Below, piece by piece: positions 37,149 through 44,344 of a stretch of DNA of 64,000 nucleotides. The stretch covers positions 42,198-106,197 of the IMG/VR virus record IMGVR_UViG_3300035698_017294, one strand, 5' to 3'. A program made the translations under genes and the position numbers. The notes beneath the pieces were generated by a model. That model had not been told where the DNA came from, did not search any database, and worked only from the letters and a program-made list of their open reading frames with translations. The stretch is from a virus. Every line of letters starts with the position of its first letter. Within the stretch, counting starts at the first letter, position 1.

Positions 37149-37328
37149 TTACAACTGCTGTGCTGTTACGCCAAAGACGGTGGGAAAGCGCTCCCAATGC
37201 CGCGGGCTCCCACGCCTTTTTCTCGGGAGTACCATTTAAGTTACCGCTCCTCTGGTTCGTTGCAGATGCAGGCCATCGGTGTCACTCTTTAAAGGGTGGC
37301 TGCTTCTAAGCCTACCTCGCCGCTGTAA
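37149..37328 (-). ncRNA. ncRNA family C copy 1: split mimic of the 23S rRNA GTPase-associated centre (H43/H44)
   Basis: GGTAGGCTTAGAAGCAGCCACCCTTTAAAGAGTG ... ~110-nt insert ... GCGTAACAGC, enclosed by TTACAGC/GTTGTAA. Confidence 0.75.
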
Positions 37329-37362
37329 GGTGTATTCATATGTTGTTGTGTAAATTTATGTG

Positions 37363-37542
37363 ATACAACTGCTGTGCCGAGTTTAAGTCGACTAAAGACC
37401 GCTATCCAGCTGTGATAGCTACGGACGGTTCCTCCTTCACAGGGAGGAAAAAATTATCCGCGACAATAGGTCGTTGCAAATGCAGGCTACTGCCATCAAC
37501 ATTAAAGGCTCGCGTAATTGCGTCAACACCTGGCCGTTGTAT
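37363..37542 (-). ncRNA. ncRNA family C copy 2, with the rRNA-like loops replaced
   Basis: Shares TACARCGGC, CCTTTAA, GCCTGCATYTGCAACGA, GTCTTT and GCACAGCAGTTGTA with copy 1; same 180-nt length. Confidence 0.7.
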
Positions 37543-37558
37543 AGATAAATTAAAAAGA

Positions 37559-37640
37559 AGCGGAAAGCACATGAAGTAGTTGGTACATCATAAGTGTACT
37601 GCACATTGTGCAGTTAGAAGGAACTTCATGTATGGCCACT
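37559..37640 (-). ncRNA. ncRNA family D copy 1
   Basis: AGTGG-CCAT-ACATGAAGT-TCCTTCTA...ACTTCATGT-GCTTT-CCGCT. Confidence 0.75.
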
Positions 37641-37642
37641 AA

Positions 37643-37714
37643 TGCGCCGCCCCGGACTTGAACCAGGAACCGACCTCCCCACGGAGGGTGCTCTATCTAT
37701 TGAGCTAACAGCGC
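37643..37714 (-). ncRNA. tRNA-like RNA with a collapsed anticodon loop
   Basis: Canonical acceptor, D and T arms; anticodon arm CCTCC-GTGG-GGAGG (4-nt loop). Confidence 0.72.
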
Positions 37715-37720
37715 GAAATA

Positions 37721-37800
37721 TACGGAAGGCGTTCGAAGTAAGGTTTTTAAGGATTCGCCCGCCGGGCGAATAAGTAGAAGGAACTTCGAACATAGCCGTA
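37721..37800 (-). ncRNA. ncRNA family D copy 2
   Basis: TACGG-CTAT-GTTCGAAGT-TCCTTCTA...ACTTCGAAC-GCCTT-CCGTA. Confidence 0.75.
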
Positions 37801-37812
37801 ATAAAAACAAAA

Positions 37813-37919
37813 ACAGGAAAGCAGTTAAAGTAGGTTATATAGCGGGTCTCCAACGCCTCGATAGACGCCGAGCGCCCCGCTGGGCTTTATAAGTAGAAGG
37901 AACTTTAACTATGGCCTGT
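37813..37919 (-). ncRNA. ncRNA family D copy 3
   Basis: ACAGG-CCAT-AGTTAAAGT-TCCTTCTA...ACTTTAACT-GCTTT-CCTGT. Confidence 0.75.
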
Positions 37920-37921
37920 AG

Positions 37922-38018
37922 TGGGGCACCCAGGACTCGAACCTGGAACCAACAGAGTCCGCAGCGTCATACAGCGCCGCTTACAGTCAGCTGCCCTAGC
38001 CAATTGAGCTAGCGCCCC
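37922..38018 (-). tRNA. tRNA-Tyr(GTA)-like with a 23-nt insertion at 37/38 (37958-37980)
   Basis: Removing GCGGCGCTGTATGACGCTGCGGA gives a 74-nt class I cloverleaf with loop CTGTAAC. Confidence 0.7.
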
Positions 38019-38023
38019 TAAAC

Positions 38024-38053
38024 AAAAAAAGCGACTCATAACATGGTCGCTTT
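38024..38053 (-). terminator. intrinsic terminator-like hairpin
   Basis: AAAGCGAC...GTCGC-T7. Confidence 0.55.
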
Positions 38054-38180
38054 AAGATTTCAAATATTGCCATGTTTTATATATCTACTTGAAACCTGCA
38101 TTTCTCCCTAGGACGGATTGGTCTTCCGGGCGAATGGCTGGTTTATATGTAAATAATACATGGAGTGTTTTCATGTCATT

Positions 38181-38209
38181 AGTATACTAAATTTAGATCT
38201 GCTTGTCAA
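38181..38209 (-). promoter_or_regulatory. consensus sigma70 promoter upstream of the ncRNA island
   Basis: TTGACA-17 nt-TATACT. Confidence 0.8.
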
Positions 38210-38211
38210 GT

Positions 38212-38590
38212 AAAAAACCGGCGAGGCTGGCAAGAGTGGATAGACCACCCCTGCCGATCGGGTATCAACCGCATGCACTCGCCCCTTATAGCTTACCAAA
38301 CTATCTGTAAAACTGGACTCACAGAACCGCCGATGCAAATAAACGAACCAGTTCCGGTCCGCATTCCACCGATAAGCCCGTGCAGACTCGCGGTATTATT
38401 GTTTCACAGGTGCACGCTCTGTGAATTTTTAGTCCGCATAAAGGCCTTAATTTATAACCGATAACACCCTCGCATTTGGGGTGCCTCTCGGTACGATCCC
38501 GTAGCCCAGATTACAGTATAGTTGGCCCACAAACGCGTCGTGAAAAATGTATTAACACGACGGCAAGGGCAGGTAAACCGTATACGATAG
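38212..38590 (-). ncRNA. candidate ~375-nt multi-helix ncRNA
   Basis: No sense ORF; starts just after TGGTATAAGA; many helices; ends in a GGCGAG/CTCGCC domain followed by T6. Confidence 0.55.
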
Positions 38591-38593
38591 TTT

Positions 38594-38603
38594 TCTTATA
38601 CCA
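38594..38603 (-). promoter_or_regulatory. recurrent TGGTATAAGA motif
   Basis: See 23639; preceded by an A-tract. Confidence 0.55.
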
Positions 38604-38672
38604 GCTTTTTTTTTATTTTTTTTACTTTAACACCCTGGCATAGCCCTATGAATAAAGTTCTCATGTATCACC

Positions 38673-39560
38673 TTAAAAATTACCGTAGTTAACCTGTAAG
38701 CAAGTTAATCCGAGTTCCTTTCGCCACATATCTACAACTTGATCACGATCGTCCAGTACGAAGTCAACGTAATACTTGCCCTTCACATGTGCATCATATA
38801 GCTCACGCTTTACAAGGCTGTCCTTGCGATCGTCGCCAGGGTGCCGCATGAAAAGATCGGTATACTTAACTTTGTTATCAAACAACCATTCACGGGTGAG
38901 TGTCTCACATGATCCGTCGCGCCCAGATAAAAGTATCACGTGGCGAGTCGGATCTGCCATAATAAGGTCGTAAATAGGCTGACTAAGCGTGTCTAGCTTA
39001 ACCTTCTGGAATTCAAATGGCCCGCGATTACCGCGATGCAGCGCAAGAGTTCCATCAAGATCACAAATAATCGCACGTGGTAGAGCAAGATCCTGTACCA
39101 CCAAGTCAAGTTCAACATCTGGTTCTTTGATAAAGCTATCGTGGAAATCACGTATCACCTTTTCACCGACAGAGTTAGGGCAAACTAGGTCTCGGCGGAT
39201 GCACTCTTCTATAGGTACACTAAGGAAGTCCGTGTTGAGTTGTGCTACAACTGGATTTTTGCAACCCTCTTCCTTGTTGATCTCCTGCGCAATCTGCTGC
39301 ATGCGAGTCCAGTGCTTTGGGTGTAGATTTGTATCGTCTACAATAACACTGAAGCCCCCCTTTACTATTTGCTTTACCATCCAGTCGCGTGTTTTTAACA
39401 CAAGCTTTTCATTGTAAGGCGTCCACTTACCACCTAGCATCATACGCAGGTCGTCTTTGTTGACACGCTTGATCTGGCCAGGATGATCATTTACTTGTTG
39501 CTTCGCCCATGTCGACTTTCCCGACGCTGGAAGTCCCTTGACTACTATTATTTTCCTCAA
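38673..39560 (-). CDS. pnk: polynucleotide 5'-kinase/3'-phosphatase (T4 PseT-like)
   Basis: GLPASGKSTWA, DDTNL; HAD domain DLDGT, SGR, DDRDQV. Confidence 0.93.
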   Translation of the reverse strand: MRKIIVVKGLPASGKSTWAKQQVNDHPGQIKRVNKDDLRMMLGGKWTPYNEKLVLKTRDWMVKQIVKGGFSVIVDDTNLHPKHWTRMQQIAQEINKEEGCKNPVVAQLNTDFLSVPIEECIRRDLVCPNSVGEKVIRDFHDSFIKEPDVELDLVVQDLALPRAIICDLDGTLALHRGNRGPFEFQKVKLDTLSQPIYDLIMADPTRHVILLSGRDGSCETLTREWLFDNKVKYTDLFMRHPGDDRKDSLVKRELYDAHVKGKYYVDFVLDDRDQVVDMWRKELGLTCLQVNYGNF

Positions 39561-40611
39561 ACTTGATCCCCCTTTTTATTATTTTCCATATATACTCACC
39601 GGCTTTATCAAATCGCCTATCCCAAATATGGAACAGTAGGGCTGGATGCCGCTCCCGCTGAAAGCACTTAGCTACATACTTGCGCTCAGTATCAGGTGAA
39701 AGTTGCATCTTTTTAAGCGTGTTTAAGCCGCTGCGGATTAGATCGTCGTGCTTTTGATAAAACTTTGCGCATGTTTCGTCAATCCAATCCCAATGCTCTT
39801 CACCAGCGCCCTGGCGCAGGCTTTCAATCGGTTCACCTTTTATTATATAATCCAGCACAGTTTTCCCAGTCAGAGACATGCGTATACGTTGAAGCCGTTT
39901 GTACTCCTCGAACTTGACCTTCATTCTAAAGTCTTCTTTTGGGTAATACAAAACAAAGCCTTCTTTGTTCGTAAGATTAAGCTTTTGCGCACCAGCAAAG
40001 TCACGTGTTGCAATTGTATCAGCTGGGTATCGGTGCGGTGTGGGAAATCCTGGATTGTGATACGCTGTTTCTCCAAGCCTGTTGTCTATTGTTGCTACCA
40101 ATATAAGTTCTCTACGATCGCCGTAATTTATAACTAAACGATCTTCGGCGCGGTCGTCCGGATAGATGATTTCGAATTGATATGTCAACCCGTCTTTATA
40201 CTCTAAGCCACTATACTTTTCATTGAGGATTTTATTGGCTTGTATTGCCTGCTTGGAATCGAACGATCCACGTGTCGCTATGCCGCGGTAGTCACCATAG
40301 GCATACATAATGCCAGCATAGCCGTCCAGCTTATCGTATATTTCGAACTCGCTAATCGGTATTTCGCCGTCTTCTAGCTCATCAAAGTTAAAAAACTTGT
40401 ACAGCGGGCGAGAAATAACTTTCCAGTCATCATCAACAATCAATCCTCTGCACATCCTTACCGACAAGGGCCAGTACCAATCAAACATGGCCTTCTTGGT
40501 ATAGTTAAGTATCGATAATGGAATGGCTGGATCTGGATGATGCTGTAATCTTACGTACCCAGCATCCATCATATACTCAATATCTTTGCGCAGAGCGCCA
40601 TCGATAATCAT
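39487..40611 (-). CDS. T4 Rnl1-family RNA ligase
   Basis: CRGLI, KFFN, KLDG, ATRGSF, EGFV, KVKFEEY. Confidence 0.92.
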   Translation of the reverse strand: MIIDGALRKDIEYMMDAGYVRLQHHPDPAIPLSILNYTKKAMFDWYWPLSVRMCRGLIVDDDWKVISRPLYKFFNFDELEDGEIPISEFEIYDKLDGYAGIMYAYGDYRGIATRGSFDSKQAIQANKILNEKYSGLEYKDGLTYQFEIIYPDDRAEDRLVINYGDRRELILVATIDNRLGETAYHNPGFPTPHRYPADTIATRDFAGAQKLNLTNKEGFVLYYPKEDFRMKVKFEEYKRLQRIRMSLTGKTVLDYIIKGEPIESLRQGAGEEHWDWIDETCAKFYQKHDDLIRSGLNTLKKMQLSPDTERKYVAKCFQRERHPALLFHIWDRRFDKAGEYIWKIIKRGIKFEENNSSQGTSSVGKVDMGEATSK

Positions 40612-40628
40612 AATCTCTCCTTTGTTGT

Positions 40629-40650
40629 GAAAGGGAGATTGCTCTCCCTT
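40629..40650 (-). terminator. hairpin, probable terminator
   Basis: AAGGGAGA-GCAA-TCTCCCTTT. Confidence 0.5.
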
Positions 40651-40730
40651 GTTCTATTCAAGCGCTGGTAGCATTCCCGTACGGCGACGAATTTCCTCGA
40701 ATGTGTGCTCTTTTACAATAGCACCTATGA

Positions 40731-41267
40731 TTACTCCCACATTAGTGGCTGGATCAGTTCTTGGTTCCATAGTCTTGCCCCCAAAATTATGTTGTTAGCA
40801 TGTTCTTCAATCGTTGTAGCTATCTTAGTTTCTATATCCGGCAAGGCCAGTTCCAGTTGTTTGCGCACATCGCATTCTCTTTTATATCCAGGCTCAATTC
40901 CTACACAAATGTACTCTTCTGCCCCCTCGAGATACATAGTAGCCACATTACGGCCTAGCTCGTACATGCAGATTGGTTGATCAGATGGGGCGTTGCAGAA
41001 CCACATGCTGAATATGTTACACATATCAAGCGCGTTAAATTCCCAAGTTATCTGCTGTTCTGCTGCATCAGGATTACCTATTGGAAAATTAGCTCGCCTT
41101 GGATTATATACGGTTAGGGGTGTTCCACCCTCAAGATTCCTAAGCCGCCCAATAACATCTGTCTGCCATTCTGGGCAGTTGGTTATTCCACCGGCTAAGA
41201 ATACTGACACGCTGTTTTGTATTAAGTTTAAATCATCTAAGCTATCTGGAGCTGTTATTACATTCAT
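40731..41267 (-). CDS. nucleoside 2-deoxyribosyltransferase-like protein
   Basis: VFLAGGI, WQ, YNPRR, QITWE, YELG. Confidence 0.88.
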   Translation of the reverse strand: MNVITAPDSLDDLNLIQNSVSVFLAGGITNCPEWQTDVIGRLRNLEGGTPLTVYNPRRANFPIGNPDAAEQQITWEFNALDMCNIFSMWFCNAPSDQPICMYELGRNVATMYLEGAEEYICVGIEPGYKRECDVRKQLELALPDIETKIATTIEEHANNIILGARLWNQELIQPLMWE

Positions 41268-41673
41268 CTTCTTGTCCCTTTAAAAGTAAAAATACCGTCT
41301 CCGCTTTATCAACGAAGGCTTCATATTCAGGGCTGTCATCTATAATCAACCCCACTTTGAATTCTTTGCAGAGCTCGCCTTTGCTGCTCCACCACTCTTT
41401 GGCGTGTGTTTCCCAACCGCCTTTTTTATCTTTCCACAATTCTATCCCCTTGTGGCGCAGATAGTCAACTATAGAAATAACGTGCTGGTAATGAATTCCT
41501 CGCTCATACCCCAGCTTGGTAAGTTCGGCTACTACCTCTTCTCTAGACGGCCCAGACATTATAGATATCTTCATCCCTTGTGCTACAAGCATAGACGTGA
41601 TTATTTTAAAAACGTGCGGTGCCTCCGTTAGTACGCCGTGCAAATCAAACGCTATATGATCGAGGTCATCCAT
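41242..41673 (-). CDS. HAD-like protein
   Basis: FDLHGVL, MSG, K...IIDDS. Confidence 0.7.
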   Translation of the reverse strand: MDDLDHIAFDLHGVLTEAPHVFKIITSMLVAQGMKISIMSGPSREEVVAELTKLGYERGIHYQHVISIVDYLRHKGIELWKDKKGGWETHAKEWWSSKGELCKEFKVGLIIDDSPEYEAFVDKAETVFLLLKGQEDECNNSSR

Positions 41674-42616
41674 GGTGATCCCTTATAAGGTTTATAACTA
41701 ACTCATTTACTTCGTGATACGCTGGCTTTTCTCGCACCCTCGGACATATTGAGAGGGTCTTGATTAAGTCTTCTAACTCTGTTGCTCGCTCCATTACTTC
41801 TTCAATGGTGCGCTTGCCTTGCTTTATCTCTAGTATTTCTTCTTTGTATGGCAACGGAAATCTTAGATAACCGTATGTGAGTAATTCAAACGCTTGCTTT
41901 AGCAGCCTAATCAAATGTGATGCAAACTTTGTGTCATAGCCGTGTTTTGCTACTAATTCTTTGCGATTAGAAAACTTAGAGTACCGACGGTGCAGCATGG
42001 TGAGTGCCCTCTGAACAGTAATGTTCTTTGCCATGTTCTGGTCGCCGATCTGGTAAAACGCGCCCCGCCGGTCTAGGCCAGCTTCGGTTAAAATCTCTGT
42101 TGGTAGTTCTATCAATATTTGTTTTTTATCTTCTACTGATTCCAGCTCATCGATACCGCGTTCTAACTCTCTATAATTCCCCGAACGTATCACCATCTTA
42201 TGTTTCTGTGATGATGCATATCCTATATACTTTTGAACCAGCCCTTTGTGCGGAAAGAGGTGTCTATAATTAATAAACTCCTCTATGAACCAAGGCTCTT
42301 GGTGTAGGATACTTTCTTCGGGAGCATACAGAAGTTCTAATACGTTAGGGTTATTCTGAAGAGCTAGTTTAGCAAACTTGCGGATGTCATAGTATGTAAC
42401 ATCAACTGCGTCTTTTGTGTTACGCCCGTCGGCAGCTTTATCTACTATACTATCATCAACTACATCTGCTCTATGCAAGCCGAACAACATTTCACTGTTG
42501 GGAATAAAAATACCGACGCGGTCTTCGTCGGACTCTGGCGTGTCGGTGCCGTATAAATGACTACCGCTTCTTATTAGGAAACAGCAGTTGTCTTTAGCTA
42601 ATTGTTGTGTGTTCAT
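41666..42616 (-). CDS. Pol beta-superfamily nucleotidyltransferase (RlaP/YcgL-like)
   Basis: GSHLYGTDTPESDED, NPNVLE, GYDTKFASHLIRL. Confidence 0.88.
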   Translation of the reverse strand: MNTQQLAKDNCCFLIRSGSHLYGTDTPESDEDRVGIFIPNSEMLFGLHRADVVDDSIVDKAADGRNTKDAVDVTYYDIRKFAKLALQNNPNVLELLYAPEESILHQEPWFIEEFINYRHLFPHKGLVQKYIGYASSQKHKMVIRSGNYRELERGIDELESVEDKKQILIELPTEILTEAGLDRRGAFYQIGDQNMAKNITVQRALTMLHRRYSKFSNRKELVAKHGYDTKFASHLIRLLKQAFELLTYGYLRFPLPYKEEILEIKQGKRTIEEVMERATELEDLIKTLSICPRVREKPAYHEVNELVINLIRDHHG

Positions 42617-42945
42617 AATCCCATTACTATCCATATCCAAATAATGTGCAACAGTTGGTCGTACATGATATATCCCATTGGGTATAACTCAGACCCCGGA
42701 GTCGCGTAGCGTTTAAAGCCGAACCGTTTTAAGAACCACCCTATCACATGGGTACGATCTAATACGAAATGTTGTATAGCGATCAATAAAAATTTCCACC
42801 ACACCATTCCTGGGACGAGCAGAAAGAATAACATGTAAATGACGATGTGAATTACGCATGCTTTTGTGTCCTTCTTTTTATTCAACGCTAAACTATCCGG
42901 CTGGAGCATCCAGTCTCCGATAAAATGTGCCATTAGCCAGTGCAT
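42613..42945 (-). CDS. DUF3307 membrane protein
   Basis: AHFIGDW.LQ, H, HFVLD, DQLLH. Confidence 0.85.
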   Translation of the reverse strand: MHWLMAHFIGDWMLQPDSLALNKKKDTKACVIHIVIYMLFFLLVPGMVWWKFLLIAIQHFVLDRTHVIGWFLKRFGFKRYATPGSELYPMGYIMYDQLLHIIWIWIVMGL

Positions 42946-42970
42946 AGTTTGTCCTTAGTAATTTGTAAAT

Positions 42971-42999
42971 AAAAAAAAGCCCACCATAGTGGCGGGCTT
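42971..42999 (-). terminator. intrinsic terminator
   Basis: AAGCCCGCCACTATGGTGGGC-T8. Confidence 0.8.
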
Positions 43000-43031
43000 A
43001 TGTCATGAAGTCAGTCGAAAAGAAGAGGAAT

Positions 43032-44342
43032 CTAAGGTTTCGCGGTAAGCGATTTGGATCCAGGATCCACATTTACATCTAGCCCGTTGAGGGCCTTGAT
43101 GACATTGATGTCCAACAGCTCTTTGATCTGAGCGTCGTATCCTGCCATTCCAGCGCTTCCGCCTTTACCCTTGGAACCGCCGCCGTAATCGATGTAATTT
43201 TGCGGAACAGCTCGTTTTGCTACGGCAGCAGCATTCGCAGCGTTCATAGCTTCCAGGGTTTTCATTTTTAACTCAAACCCACCATCGGCCATGAAGACGG
43301 AACGACGATAGTTCGCATCGGCTTTGGCTTCCAGATCTTTGGCTTTCTTGTAGTTTGAGGCTTCTTCGACGCGAATCTTGGATACGGTAAGCTTCTTAGC
43401 GGCTTCGATATTCGCCGTAAGTGAATCCGTACGGGCTTGTTCAATCACCGGGGCTAGGGTAGTCATCATTGCATATTTTGCCGTGGTGACATTCTTTAGC
43501 CCCTCAAATTCTGCTTCGGTAGCCCTTGCCTTAGCAAGCGAAGCCTGCGCGTTGGCAGTTTGGATGCTGGCGTTGATGTCTTTCTGCCGATCCTGCTGCT
43601 TTTGCACGCGGCTATCATATTCAAATTTAACAATATTGAACAAACCGTAGTCCATCCCAATGCCAAATTTTTCCCATAGCCCACCTTCGGAATTTGCGCG
43701 CAGTGGTGTGATACCATCAGCTTCATACAGAATGCGCGCGCACTTGCGCACCGTTTGCTTATGATTGCCGGATGTACTATCAACTACGATCTTTTCCAAT
43801 GTTCTGCATCGGTAATCGCCATGCAGCATCTGGTCATATACGTATTGATAAAACTTCTCGCGGCCGTTGCCCTGCCAGGTTTCCTGTGCTTCGAATATCG
43901 GGCCCGTTTTCTTTACGGCGTTAACAAATGCCGGCTGAATTAACTGTTTTGAAATTTCATCTGGGGTTCGGAAGTTGTGCTTGAATCGCAAGTCCTCACG
44001 AAGTGCATCAGTTGTAGGCATGTTGATACGGCAGGATCCCAGTAGGCCCGCAGTAGTAGCATCGTTGAACCGTGCTGTGATTGTGTCAGCCTCGGATTGC
44101 AGGAAATCGTGAGTGTAATTGAACTCAAATTTATCCGTGATGTCCATCATGTTGAAGTACGCGCCCGGGATGGATTCGACCTGCTGTTTACCAGTGTACA
44201 CCTGCTGTGTAACATGGTACCAACCACCCTCTACGGTATTGTAGCTTTTGACGCCTGCAACTACCGCGATAAACGCGACTAAGGCGAGGGCCCCAAGAAA
44301 GATCTTCTTTGATAAACCCATTGATTTCTTTTCGTTTTCCAT
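43032..44342 (-). CDS. SPFH/Band-7-like membrane-anchored protein
   Basis: N-terminal TM, RFND..., Ala/Glu-rich C-terminal coiled coil. Confidence 0.72.
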   Translation of the reverse strand: MENEKKSMGLSKKIFLGALALVAFIAVVAGVKSYNTVEGGWYHVTQQVYTGKQQVESIPGAYFNMMDITDKFEFNYTHDFLQSEADTITARFNDATTAGLLGSCRINMPTTDALREDLRFKHNFRTPDEISKQLIQPAFVNAVKKTGPIFEAQETWQGNGREKFYQYVYDQMLHGDYRCRTLEKIVVDSTSGNHKQTVRKCARILYEADGITPLRANSEGGLWEKFGIGMDYGLFNIVKFEYDSRVQKQQDRQKDINASIQTANAQASLAKARATEAEFEGLKNVTTAKYAMMTTLAPVIEQARTDSLTANIEAAKKLTVSKIRVEEASNYKKAKDLEAKADANYRRSVFMADGGFELKMKTLEAMNAANAAAVAKRAVPQNYIDYGGGSKGKGGSAGMAGYDAQIKELLDINVIKALNGLDVNVDPGSKSLTAKP

Positions 44343-44344
44343 TT

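Noticed and set aside
37149-37328. 23S rRNA gene or host contamination
   Set aside because: Only about 45 nt match, in two pieces split by a structured insert, inside a closed stem with a local paralog and phage genes on both sides.
37559-37919. CRISPR mini-array (repeated TAGAAGGAACTT)
   Set aside because: Spacing is irregular, each unit is a covarying stem enclosing the variable part, a tRNA-like gene sits between units, and no cas genes are present.
36231-38464. Short ORFs on both strands in the RNA island
   Set aside because: They overlap tRNA, tmRNA and structured RNAs, lack RBSs and show no protein motifs.
38212-38590. RNase P RNA
   Set aside because: The size fits but the conserved P4 strands (GAGGAAAGUCC and ACAGAA...GGCUUA) were not found.
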